From Basidiobolus meristosporus CBS 931.73 (taxonomy: Eukaryota > Fungi > Basidiobolomycota), in the NCBI GenBank assembly GCA_002104905.1, contig MCFE01000042.1:138104-202103 (forward strand): a DNA stretch of 64,000 nt, given 5' to 3'. Shown piece after piece: positions 24,235-37,075 of the stretch. The notes beneath the pieces were generated by a model, which was not told where the DNA came from, did no database searches, and saw nothing but the letters and a program-made list of their open reading frames with translations. The translations under genes and the position numbers were made by a program. The stretch's first letter is position 1, and each line of letters starts with the position of its first letter.

Positions 24235-25959
24235 TCAGTCATTTGATAGTATGATTCTATTCATATATGTTGCAATGATTGCATGCCCAGAGACTGAGTT
24301 CGCAGCAGCGAGGTAGTTGTCTGGACGGACCAAGAAGAAAACGGAATGAGAAGGCTTGTATTGCTCGACGAAATCACCACTGTCTTCGTACACCTCGAAT
24401 GGTGAGTCGGTCAGTCCATTGCTGGTTGGGCAAATGACGCTCACCTGAAGTGCGGTGAAGTCTGAGCGATTGTGTTTCTTGGCCAGGGCTAGGTACGGCT
24501 CAAAATCTAACATCCCGCTGTTCGATGCCCATATGAACAAGTGATAAGCACCCGGGTTCTTCTTGAAGATCTCAAATATTTTGATGAGCTGCCTCCCTCC
24601 TGGACTACGCTTGGAAAGAACGGCGTTCGGAACGCGTTGTCCATTCTTGATAGCTGTAATGGGTGTTTTGAAGTAGCCGACCTCCAGCGGTTTCTCAGTG
24701 AGAAGTCCTTGGGGGTAGGCGATCAGCAGCTGGGACATGTTGTCGAAGAAGGTTTTGTACACGATGGGTAGCTTGCTCAGAGGGGGAAATATCCAATCAC
24801 GTAAGAAGCTCAGCCATCCTGACTCCAGAGTGAAGAACTGACGGAGTGCCGATGTCCCTTTCAATACACCGCGAGCAACCGGTACACGTTCATCCACGTA
24901 GCTCTTGAGTAGAACATCCGGATTCCCGACCCCCTTAAGGATCAAGTTCAATTTCCACGCAATGTTGAAGGCATCTTGCATTCCAGTGTTCAACCCTTGA
25001 GCGCCCCATGGGCTGTGAATATGCGCTGCATCTCCGGCCAGAATCACTCTTCCAACAACAGTCTGGTCAACCATTCTCTCGTTGACATTATAGGTGCTAT
25101 GCCACAGAATCTCTTTCGCGTGGACGGTATAGGGGGTGGTTAACCTGTTGATCAGCTCCATCAAGGACGCTTTGGATAGCTCTTCCTGGCTTGTTTCGTG
25201 GTCCAGCTTGACAAACACCCGATGTACATTGATATCAATTTTGGCAATCGCCAGCATCGCGTCGGAATGCCAAAAGATGGTGGTTTCATCCCTGGACGGT
25301 AGGTCAGTGTCCATGATTATGTCACAGAGGCCCCATTTCGTCTCGATGGTAACTCCATCGAACTTCGCCCCAAGTTTCTTTCGAACGAAGCTATGGGCGC
25401 CGTCACAACCAAGAAGAAACTTGGATTCGAATTTTCTTATCTCACCCGAGGCGGATTTTAGTGTAGAAATGACCTTCTGATCATTGGATTGAACGAAATC
25501 AGTAAGCTCCCAACCGGTTTCTACCTGCTTGTGGTAAACATTTTCCAGCTCCTCCCTCAGGTATTGCTCGGTTTTCCATTGGGGAATGAACAGAAGGAAT
25601 GGATAGTCGGATCGTACCGAGCCAAGATACGGAAGGGTAGCGACCATGGTGCCTTTGGAAAAAAATCGAATGGCCTTGTTTAGCGTAGCCACGCCGTTTT
25701 CTTGGAATTTCTTTGCGAGATCCATCTGGTCCAGAATCTCCATCATGCGGGCCTGCAGGGAGATGGCTTTGGACAAACGAGCATCATACGCTACCTTATC
25801 AACCTGAAAGAAGGAGTTGGTTAGTAGGCTTGGGCGAATTAAGTGGCTAGACAGACTTACAATTCGGAATGGAACACCAAGGCGGGCAAGACTAAGGGCA
25901 GCAAACAGGCCAACGCTTCCGGCGCCAATAATTAGCACTTCAGTAGAGTTTTCAGACAT
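24235..25959 (-). CDS. FAD-dependent monooxygenase (FAD_binding_3, PheA/TfdB aromatic hydroxylase type)
   Basis: GAGSVG Rossmann motif, LGCDGAHSFVRK (DG motif), LAGDAAHIHSPWGAQGLNTGMQDAFNIAWKL (GD motif), C-terminal LVRPDNY thioredoxin-like tail. In-frame 57-nt intron 25804-25860. Confidence 0.92.
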   Translation of the reverse strand: MSENSTEVLIIGAGSVGLFAALSLARLGVPFRIVSLSSHLIRPSLLTNSFFQVDKVAYDARLSKAISLQARMMEILDQMDLAKKFQENGVATLNKAIRFFSKGTMVATLPYLGSVRSDYPFLLFIPQWKTEQYLREELENVYHKQVETGWELTDFVQSNDQKVISTLKSASGEIRKFESKFLLGCDGAHSFVRKKLGAKFDGVTIETKWGLCDIIMDTDLPSRDETTIFWHSDAMLAIAKIDINVHRVFVKLDHETSQEELSKASLMELINRLTTPYTVHAKEILWHSTYNVNERMVDQTVVGRVILAGDAAHIHSPWGAQGLNTGMQDAFNIAWKLNLILKGVGNPDVLLKSYVDERVPVARGVLKGTSALRQFFTLESGWLSFLRDWIFPPLSKLPIVYKTFFDNMSQLLIAYPQGLLTEKPLEVGYFKTPITAIKNGQRVPNAVLSKRSPGGRQLIKIFEIFKKNPGAYHLFIWASNSGMLDFEPYLALAKKHNRSDFTALQVSVICPTSNGLTDSPFEVYEDSGDFVEQYKPSHSVFFLVRPDNYLAAANSVSGHAIIATYMNRIILSND

Positions 25960-27934
25960 TTGAAAGATGATGACACTTGAGCTCCTGAGCGGGGATTTTA
26001 TTCGTAGCAAGTTTGCCCTTCGGAGTCATCTTTTCTCAAGGGATCATAAAGTTAGATGATTACACTAGGCTAAATGAAGTGCTTTTTCTGGATAATGACT
26101 CCATAAGGCTTGTGTATTACTAATAACTACAAATGCCTGTGTTCTATGTGTGTCTTCACTAATTGATTGTCTCAAATCCACCGGCCTTGATAAGCACATG
26201 GCAGTAAATGAGAAATATGCTGGCGAAGCTCATATGTGTAACCTGTTCAACAAGATGCTTCGCTATAGTTGGCTATTTCAGTTGGCAATTTGCTAATCAA
26301 AACAATCGCCCTACCAGCCTGTTGAGCAGCCCAAACAAGGAAAACAATCGTCTTGGCGCGAAATGAATGATCCACGCTAATGGAAAGGATCATCAGCTCT
26401 TGTGGTTCCATGGACTAACCTTTAGATAGTTTAATTGATGAAATACTATATGGGTTCGGGTAGCTAAATGTGAGCCAAATATTCTCGAAGATCACTGACA
26501 ATCCCGATCAGATTCCATCGTCAGATTCAAATCGTTCTTCATGGAGGATGCAACCACGTGCTAAATAGGGCTCAGCCGAAGTGTGCTGTGGATGATTAAT
26601 ACAGCTGATATGACTAACGGTACTTTACCCGGTAGAGGCAAGGAATGTGCGCCATATTGGTTTCGGAAAAGCTGATTCGTCGGGAAAACGTCAATAATGA
26701 GTTCAACCACAGCTGCCAAGAATTACTGGTTGGAAAATGACCAAAGTAAATCTCAGTTCCTTTAGCTCGAGGTGGGTAGCATTTTGCATCAACGAACTAA
26801 AGCCATCGCATTTTGCTTGATTGGTAATATGGAAATAGGGCGGTGGATGACACTACTTGATCGTTACTCTCCAGAACCATGGCAACAATTACGCGAGCAT
26901 TGCTAATAGTATTGTGCCAGTATGATCATATGGATTGTTCATTACTGGTGACCAATCCAATGACCTGGCTAATTGCTCTTGTAGCTATCTGGGATTGCAA
27001 AGTTGTCCGCTATCATGGATCAATGACATCAGTGGTACCATCAGATCCTGCATCAGCCAAAAAAAGTTGTTTCCAAAGTGTGGTTACACAGGACTGTTGC
27101 ACCCACATCCGAGGTTTAATCTCGGGTTAGATTACAGAGAAGATCAATGCCATATTGAGAATAGCTATGTCTGCCAGGTATTAAATTTGCGGATATTTGG
27201 GCTTGTATCTCGACGATGCCTTCCAATATTTCACCAAATAAAATATTGAAGAGCATGGGAGAGTAATCCTATAGGAGAGCTTTGCCCGGGAAAATATACC
27301 GTCTGTTGTGACGGTCCTGGTCTCTACCAAGTAGTGGCGTCGAGATGTCCTTGCGTGAGTAAGTTGCAATCATAGGTAACAGCTACATATGGTTGTTTCG
27401 CCCCAATCTGGCTCTTATGCGAGCCTTAACGTGTTAATGAGTTAATATAGGAATCCGGTGGATGATTGAACATAGTCTCAGCAGAGGTCCCTTGTCTGTA
27501 GCCAGTTATGCCTAGAAATACCTGGAATAATTATATTAGCTCTTCGGTTAAGTTCTGCGACTCTGTAGCACCAAGTAATCTTAGCTAGGGGAAGCAAAAT
27601 CCCTCTGGAGAATCTTGTCGAATCTATTCTAGAATAAGCATGGTCGCGGTAACTGATTTGTCAAATGGTAAGAGGATGGCTGGTAGCTGATGCACTTGCC
27701 TTTTCAGTTCATTCAAATCGCGGTGTTGACGATTCCTGAGGAGGACTACGGAATCCATTCAAGGACGCTCCACTCAAACCAAATCAAGACAAAGCGTGGG
27801 CACCACTAACACCATTCTCTCAAAAGTTGGCATATTACTTGTCAGGAGATTGCAGCATCATGTATATAAATAACGCTTCAGACAATGCTGCATGTCAGTA
27901 TACATCTTCAATTCCGCTCTACAAATATACAAGC

Positions 27935-30900
27935 ATGCCGTCTGTTAACACCGAGGCAAAACACTACCAGTTTACCGTTGAGGAGAAGCGCCTTTGGGTC
28001 AGATGGAAGGTGTACGGGGAGGCTGGCACTGGGAATACCCCTATTGTCCAATACATCAACGGAAAGCTCGATGTTGATAGGTTTCTCGATGCAATTGCAG
28101 CGGCAGTGGCCCAGTTCAATGCACTCCAACTTTACTGTGTGGAGGCCGAAGATGGAACTGGCGCTTTTGTCAAATGCTCTGAAGAGGAGCTTCTGAGCCG
28201 CTCGTTTGTTGGCTATCATGACTTTTCCCAGGATGAAAATCCTGAGGTTTCTGCTCGCGATTTTGCGTGTGGTTTTGTTGGCAAGGGCTTCAATATAGAG
28301 AAATTTCCCTTACACGAGCATGCGCTTATCAAGTATGACGATGACAAATACATGTATGCCACTCATTTTGCGCATATTATTATCGATGGAAGATCGTGGA
28401 GATTGTTTGCATCTCTACTATCAGCTATCTACCAGACGGATCCCGAGGCTGGTTTATCCTCGCAAGTTGGCTGTTTCAGCAAGTATGCAGATCGAGAGGA
28501 CTACCGCAGATTGACGGAGGGCTATAGAGATGCCAAAGCTCAACTTGACGAGAAATCCTCTGTTCATTGGGAAAAAACCCTGAAGGATGCCAAATTTTTA
28601 CTAGACTTTTCGAACAGACTGCCAACTAGAAGCAGTCATCAAGGGAGCGTAAACTCTGGGACACGTTTGCGACAAAAAATCCCTAGAAAACTCTCGGAGT
28701 CCATGGATAGTTTCGCTAGAGCTGAGAGTACTACCTTCTTCTGTATCTTTGCCACAGCAGTGAACGTTCTCCTCTATCGCTACTTTGGTCAAGACGACAT
28801 AACAATTGCGTATGCAGTAGATGCCAGACCGATAAAGCAGAGCCAATTCATGAGCTTATTGGATGGATTCTGTGTCAATGACATGCTTCTTCGAACCCAA
28901 ATCGATCCAGGATTAACCTTCCGGAAACTCTGCCAACAGGTATCTGCTCAGCGCTGGGAGGATCGTAGACATCAATACTATCCGCTCATAGATGAGATCA
29001 TGCCCCAGGTTCGAAAGCAATACCCAGACTTGGAAGGCAGCTTTTCCAACATCATGATCACGCAATCACCTCTTCACAGAAATGTCTTGCAGCTAGGCTC
29101 GGGGATTCGATGCGACCCCGATGAGAATGAAATCACCTACGAAGATACCAATTACGATCTGACATTCATTATTGATGAGCATGACTTTAAGTATGGTGCG
29201 GGAGCTGTCGAGTATACTTTGTTCTACCGAAACTCAAAAGTTTGACCCCGAGTTTTCTCGAAGGATGTCCGAGAACCTAATTACGCTGCTAGAAAGCGTC
29301 TTTGGGGAAAAGGGCGAGCTGGATACACCAATTAGCCATTCATCAATTCTATGCAAGAAGGAGATTCAGCTGCTCCAGTCTTGGAATAATACACATAAAG
29401 CAGAGTATGTTGACGGAAAGACTATTCTGGAGCCTATCCGTAGCCAAGTACGAAAGAACCCAACCGCGCTGGCTTTGATCAGCGATGAGGAGAATTTAAC
29501 TTACGGGGAGCTGTGGAACGGGGCAAATCAGCTGGCCAGACATCTAATAGACCTGATGGTTAAGCCCGAGACTCTTGTCTGTATGTTGATGAGCCGTTCA
29601 GTCCACGCGTTCGTCACCACTATTGGCATACTCAATTCAGGCGCAGCTTACCTGCCAGTCGACCCAGCCTACCCTATTGATCGAATTGAGTTCATGCTGG
29701 AAGAATCGGAGTCGAAATACATGGTGACCGAAAGAAAGTTATACGAGAGTAGCGACCGCCTTCGTTCTTTGATTGACAGCTTCCCGGGCGTGGTTGTATT
29801 CTATGACGATCCAGCCTGGCGAGATACCGTTTCTGAGCAAGAGCTGGAGCCCATTGCCAACCCGGACAACCTTGCCTATGTTATTTTTACTTCGGGGTCA
29901 ACCGGAAAGGTATGAACATATAATCCACCATCTCGAAAAACTTACTAAAATGATTCACCTAGCCCAAGGGTGTGATGATGGCCCACTCATCCCTACGAAA
30001 CTTGGCACGATGCTATGCGAATGCCTTTCAGATTGACGACACAGCGAGAGTGCTGCAGTTCAGTTCGATTTGCTTTGATGCAACTGTGGGCGACTGGGCC
30101 AGTGCTTTTAGCTCCGGTGGGGCATTGGTGGTTGTCAACTCGGCTGCCCATCTAGTTGGCTCTGGTTTCATGGATACAGTCTATCGTCACAAAGTGACAT
30201 ATTGCCTCATTCCCACCTCAATGCTGAACACCTTCCCAGAGGAAGAGGTGTATAAGCTAGCGAGCATGAGAGCCCTCTCGATCGGAGCTGAGCCTCCCAA
30301 CCTACAACTGATGACCCGTTGGAAAGATCACGGATTTATGCTGATGAATTCGTATGGCCCTACGGAGACTTGTGTGATTGCAAATACCACTCAATTTACT
30401 GGTGAGAAGCATTACGCTTGCATAGGAAAGCTACTGCCAAATTACCAAGCGTTTATGCTGGATAATAATCAGCAAGTGTTGCCAGCGGGAATCATTGGCG
30501 AAATGTGCATCGCCGGTGCCGGTCTTGCTCGAGGATTTATTAACCAGCCTGTTCTGACAGATCAACTCTACCCTACTGTTGATTTGGCAGGGTTTGGTCC
30601 GGTGAGAGTCTATCGCAGCGGAGATGTTGCTTTATTCCATGATGATGGCGAGGTTCAATTCATCGGACGGATTGATTTCCAGGTGAAAATCCGCGGATTC
30701 CGCATAGAGCTGGGAGAAATCGAGAACAACATCCGACAACAAAGCGCGGTTGATGTCAAGGATGCAGTAGTAATGGCACAGGACGACAAAATGGGGATCA
30801 AGCGATTGGTTGGCTACGTTGTACTCGAACCACACCAGAAGGAGCAGGAGCATAAAGCCCTAGCGTCCAAGATCCGTCAGGAGCTGAAGCGCCTGGTCCC

Positions 30901-33900
30901 ACCGCACATGGTTCCGAGTCACATTCTGATCATGCAGGAGTTTCCTGTCTCTCCTAACGGGAAAATCGAGCGCAAGTTATTCCCAAATCCGGTGGCAAAT
31001 ATCTCGGAGAACGACTTGAATGAAGCATGGTCGAATACTGCCTCCGAATCCAGTGATCAGAAGTCAAGTCTTCAGGCTAGGTTAGAGAAACTCTTCGCCC
31101 AACTACTTGATCTGGACCATATTGGCGTGAACGAAAACTTCTTTGACTTGGGCGCGAATTCCCTGCTTATTGTGAAGGCCCATTCTATCATCAAGAAGAT
31201 AGATAAATTTGCAAACTTCTCGCTAGTACACTTATTCAAGTATCCCTCCATTCATGCGCTAGCTCAACATCTCGAGGAGAATTCAACCAAGAAACCCCAA
31301 CCAGTCGAGCGTGACAGTAAGGATGAGATAAGCAATTTGGAAGCTGGCAACGAGGGGCAGTCCATACATTTGGATGAAATCGCTATTATTGGTATATCCT
31401 GCCGCGCTCCTGGTGCAGATAACCATGAACAGTTCTGGGAAAATCTTCGTAACGGTGAAGAGAGCATTTCGTTCTATACGAATGAGGAGCTTCTAGCAGC
31501 CGGTGTTTCCCCTGCGGAGTTGAGCAATCCAAACTATGTGAAAGCACTTGGCGCTATGAATCCAGAATCCATTCAAACTTTTGATGCTGACTTTTTCGGA
31601 ATGGCTCCACGGGAGGTATTGGTGACTGACCCCCAACAAAGAATCTTCTTGGAGTGCAGCTGGGAGGCATTGGAGAACGCTGGGTACAACTCGGCAGGCT
31701 ATACAGGGAAAGTCGGCGTTTACGCCGGTGTCGGTATAAACCACTATCTCCATAACTATATCTTGCCACAAGAAGATTTGGTGCAAGATATGGGTGCCTA
31801 TCCAGTCATGATAGGTAACTCTCCCGATTTTCTAGCTACTCGAGTTGCCTATAAACTTGCCCTTCGTGGTCCTGCTATCACCGTTCAAACAGCTTGTTCA
31901 ACCTCACTTGTTGCTGTTCATCAAGCCAAGAATGCCATACGCAACGGTGAATGTGACATGGCCCTGGCAGGTGGAGTTTCATTGGGATCATTGGAAAAAA
32001 GCGGTTATGTATATCGTGAGGGAATGGTTGCTTCGCCCGACGGACATTGTAGGGCCTTTGACCAAAACTCCAAAGGCACTGTTCTGGGACAAGGGTGCGG
32101 TGTCGTACTCCTAAAATCGTTAGCTAAAGCGATTGCAGATAAAGACAACATATATGCTGTACTGAAGGGCTCTGGAGTCAACAACGATGGTTCCCTCAAA
32201 GTTGGCTTCACTGCGCCTAGTGTTCAGATGCAGGCGAGTGCCATCACTAGCGCACACCAGGATGCTAAAGTTAGCCCTAAAGACATTTCTTACGTCGAAA
32301 CTCATGGTACCGGCACCATTGTTGGTGATGTTATCGAGCTGGAGGCCCTGAATGATGCTTTCACCAACAATCAAGTGGCACACCATGAGCGATATTGTGC
32401 GATCACGTCCGTCAAGACCAACATTGGTCATACCGATTCTGCTGCTGGTGTAATTGGTCTTATCAAGGTGTCACTGGCATTGTACAATGAGTACATACCT
32501 CCCCATCTCCATTTCAGGGAGCCGAATGCCCAAGTAGATTGGGCTAACAGCCCATTTTATGTGAATACAAAATTGACTCCTTGGAAGAGAACCGAGGGAG
32601 TGCCTCGTATTGCAGGAATTAGTTCATTCGGAATGGGAGGGACCAACGCTCATGCTATTCTGAGTGAATCACCAGTATCGATCAGCAAGGAAACGTCGGA
32701 TTCCAAACTCCCTTGGTATCTACTGAACATATCCGCCTTCAACGACTGGTCTTTGAAAGAAAATACCAAGAACCTTGTAAGTTGGGTTCGTTCTCAACAA
32801 GGAGTCAGGTGGGACTTGAAAGATATTGCTTGCACGTTGGCCATCCATCGGTCACAATTTCCGAAGAGACAGGCATTGCTAGTTCAAAATATCTCCGAAC
32901 TAACCAGCCTAGATGAAAGTGGTCTAAGCGATAGAATAGTTTCCACCCCGAGAAAGAATGGACTATCCACCACCAATTCATTGGCCAGCCTGAAGGAAGT
33001 CACCGAGAAAGACAAGCATACTGTCTTCCTGTTACCTGGACAAGGTTCACAATACATATCAATGGGCCGAGATTTGTATAAGCACTACAAAACGTTTGCT
33101 AGTGTTATCGACGAATGTCTGCAATATGCAAACGATTTTAATGAGAGCTTACATCTCTCAGATATATTTTTCAATGCAACCGACCCTGAGACGATACAGC
33201 TTCACGGAAATATGTCAGCCATTGATGTTCATCGTCGAGTATGCCCTGGCCAAAACCCTTGAATCTTGGGGGATACAGCCAGACAGCATGATTGGGCACA
33301 GCCTCGGCGAGTATGTAGCCGCGTGCTTATCGGGAGTCTTTACACTAGAAGATGCTCTTAAAGTAGTGATATTCCGTGGTGCATTAATGAACTCACTACA
33401 GTCGGATAGTGCTATGTTGAGTGTTCGTTCATCTGAGGTTGATTTAGAAGCCCATATCGAGAGAATTGGAAGAGAGCGGTTCGACTATGCGGTGAAAAAC
33501 TCCCAGGAGCATTGGGTGATAGCTGGTGAGGCAAAGGATATAGAGAACTTGCAGATTTCATTATCCACCGCTTCTATTTCTTGTCGACTATTGAAAACCA
33601 GCCATGGATTCCATTCCAGATTTATGAATCCTTTGCTGGATTCGTTCTCGCTGTTCTTATCTAGTATTCCTCTGAATGAACCGAAAGTCCCCTTTGTCTC
33701 CTGTGTCTCTGGCACATGGATTACTGGTGTGGACGCTACTAGGGTTAGCTACTGGGTTGAGCATCTTCGTAATCAATGTCGTTTCGGGGAGGCTGCACAG
33801 TTTTTACTCAAGAATCAACATTCAGAAACTGTGTTCATAGAGGTTGGCCCTGGAAGAGGCCTAAGTACATTGATCAAGGTAAACGCCATCCAATTGAATG

Positions 33901-35438
33901 TCAGCCATGTTACAACGCCGGAGGTCACAACTATCACCACAATGCCTGCACCGTCTACTGCACCAGTTGCTGCCAAAAAAGCGGAAGACTCTGAGACCTT
34001 TGCAGTGGTCAAGGCCCTGGCTCAGCTCTGGAGTGAAGGCCTTCAAGTGAGATGGGATGTATACTACTCGTTGAAGGAATCGCCATCGCAAAAGGTTCCG
34101 CTTCCTTCCTATGCATTTGATCGCAAACGTCATATGCTGAAGAAAGCCAGAGCCTCTTTCACCTCTGTTGCAACAGTCGATATCAAGGCCAATCAAGAAA
34201 GACCTAGTATCCCTATTCCTGAGGATTCCATTCTTGAACAGATCACGCCCACTGAAGAGATGATTCAGAAAGTCTGGCAAAGCTTCTTGTATTTGGATTC
34301 CCCACCATCGGTCGAATCTGATTACTTTGAGCTTGGAGGGGACTCCATGATGGCAGTTCAGCTTGTTGGGAAAATATCTGAGCTTTTTCCTGGAGTGGAT
34401 CTAGGAATACATGCCTTATTGAGGAATCCCACCATCAAGGGATTAGCAAAGGTCATTGACTCAATGACCATCTCAAATGCCAGCAATGGGGATGATACAG
34501 CAGCCGAGTCAAATGTAAACGACTCCACCTCGACACTTCGGACCATTAATCTCTCAAGCTCGAACGATGAGATATTGGTTCAATTGAAGAACGGCCTTGG
34601 AAATCCCGTGTTCTTGGTTCATCCAGTGGGGGGAGACATCTTTGGCTTCCGCTCCCTGATCAATCAGCTTGCAAGTAACATTACTGTCTATGCCTTCCGG
34701 GCACCCTTCTTTACGGAGTCTCGCAAATCTCCTTATGCAGACGTCAAGGAAATGGCTGCGGCTTATGTGCAGCTTTTGCTATCAAAGTTGGACGCAAACT
34801 CTCGACAAAATATCCATTTGGGAGGTCACTCAATGGGCGGCGTAGTTGTGTATGAGATGGTTCAGCAATTGAATTCTTTGGGCTGCAATGTCAGCAGAAT
34901 CATACTATTAGATCCTCCGCTTAATCCTGTCTCTTCGAGTGTTTTAGCAAGATCCTACTTTATGCCTGTGCTTGAGGACCCAGTCGATATAGCGGAGTAT
35001 ATATTCGGCCATCGAGTTAACCTTCCACCGGATGATAGAGCAGAGCTGGCTCACCTGCCGCTCACGGTTGCTATCTCAAAAGTATGCTCATTACTCTCCC
35101 GTGATATAGAGACGCTCGGCTTGAAGAAGTTGAGCGGATTGTCACCGGATGTTGTACTTTCTATTGGACGCACATGGGCCCATCATTACCTCATCATGCG
35201 AGACTATCAACCTGAACCGATTCCGTTTAGAGAAAAGAATCGAGAGAATATTGTTCTGTATATCAAGAATTCTGAGGCAGACGGGTATTTCCCAACCTAC
35301 GCCCATGTTGCATATCAAGATGCCATGCTCAGCGGTGGCTTCGATTTTAGACTTGTTCAGGTCCCTGGGAGTCATCAAACAATGCTGCTGGATCCAAATG
35401 TCCAGTACATTGCTGCCGCTATCGTCCAATTTCTATGA
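27935..35438 (+). CDS. Hybrid NRPS-PKS, domain order C-A-T-KS-AT-T(ACP)-TE; two +1 frameshifts as assembled (~29230, ~33200)
   Basis: C: FAHIIIDG. A: YVIFTSGSTGK|PKG (intron 29910-29962), FDAT, NSYGPTE, YRSGD, GRIDFQVKIRGFRIELGEIE, NGK. T: FFDLGANSL. KS: DPQQRIFLE, TACSTSLV, HGTGT, KTNIGH. AT: PGQGSQY, GHSLGE, HGFHS. ACP: YFELGGDSM. TE: GHSMGG, LLD, GSH. Confidence 0.93.
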
Positions 35439-37075
35439 GAATTTAAGAATCCATTGCAAGCCACATCAACAAAAATCGGATCAATAAAAAAATCCCATTA
35501 CCATGTGTTTCAGTTGAGGATTTTGGAACACACATCTGAAAATTCGAAGTGACGAAATAGAGTTAATATCTGATGATGGAATATATATAACCAACATTAA
35601 CTATAATCATTCGCTAAAGTTGTACGCTTTTCAATAAAAATGCCACGTCTCGCTATACCTATTCCATCGAAAGTTATTTTAATAGATGTCACAAAAAACA
35701 GGGGATATAACATTTATGTGCCAAATGATAGTAAATATTTGTGGAAACAAAAGTTAGATCGTGGGGTAGTAACATTTAGGTACCTGCGGACCAGGGCTCA
35801 TATTTTTCAAGATGATAGCAAAACAAGTCTGGGAAACAAAAACCAAAGGGTCTTGACAATATAGTGGCAAAGATTTGTAACTGGTAAACTTCCTTTTCAA
35901 AAGCCCCCAAACTTTACACATATGCTCTTGATACAGTCAGGAAGAGATCGTTAAGCCACCTCCACTTACATTAGCCAAATAGCTTTATGCATGTGGAAAG
36001 CCTTAGTGACGCAATTCTGTTAGGTGATTGAGATATGGAAAGAACATAATCCAAACGATATTGATATGACTATTCAACACGGACATACGAGTCTACCAGA
36101 AGTCTCACCTCATAAATACTGAAGAAACCCGCTCATTTGCAGAGCTCTCTGATGGCCTGTGACGAATCATAGCGCCATGAGTACATATTGTCTAAGTCGG
36201 AGTGATTACTGTCAAAGCCTATTTTTTTAGGTTGGGAATTCATGCATTCTCCGATCATTAACCTCATGATAAGAACTCGTCTCTCCTCTAGTATTCTTTA
36301 CTTACCAGAGATGCTCCACCTGATTAACCATTTCCAAAGCAGAAAGTACGTGGCTATCATTACTTGAAAGCTATGTTTGGTGGATTCAATCTAATTGCGG
36401 ATAATGACGATCATCGCAGTGTAGTCTAAGCCTGATATATTGGGCTTAATAGCTCACGGATATATTCCCATTTCCATTTTCCAGACGTGCCTTGTATATT
36501 TACTTGGGGATTAGTGGTGTGGTACGTATCTTTGATAGCCATCTGTACTTGAGGACCAGCGCCATTGAGTGAGTGTGCATGTGCTTGGACTTACAACCAA
36601 ATCATGTAATGTTGGCTAAGAATTCCACAAAAGGTTCGGGATACTAGTTAGACCACCGAATATACATGACAAAAATTATATTCGAATATTCCGTAAGTTA
36701 GCAACGTCCTTGCCGTTAAACATCCCATCGGGCGACTGAAACGAAACTGATTTGATTTGACATGAAGAGGACATAATAGGTAACTCATAAATGCCTAATA
36801 TGGAGAAATAATCATTCACTTTCTGGTTAAAGTATCGAAGTATTCTTCTTTGGGCGATCAGCGTACCAGCCATGTGGGGTAGATAGGATTAGCTCAGCTA
36901 CATCATCAGAATATAGTAACTCAATGGTATTGATTAAGCAATTTGATTGGGATTGGCTTCTGGTTGACCGAATGTTGAGCAGAGCAGAACAATCGATGAA
37001 ACCAATGGAATGATGTATAAATCGGGTGCCCACCGCGCTTAGTTTTACTTGATCTATACCTTCTAATACCTTGTA

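Noticed and set aside
26935-27249. WINDISGTIRSCISQKK...GLLHPHP, faintly like a Ty3/Gypsy integrase zinc-finger junction
   Set aside because: No other retroelement motifs or LTRs nearby; could be chance.
29191-29263. GTATGG...AAG intron as explanation of the first NRPS frameshift
   Set aside because: It restores the frame but removes the conserved Y...FD end of the C domain; a one-base insertion is more parsimonious. Not excluded without cDNA.
24235-35438. Fungal bioluminescence-type cluster (hispidin synthase + FAD hydroxylase)
   Set aside because: The hybrid has extra C and TE domains and an amino-acid-type A domain, and no luciferase-like gene is visible.
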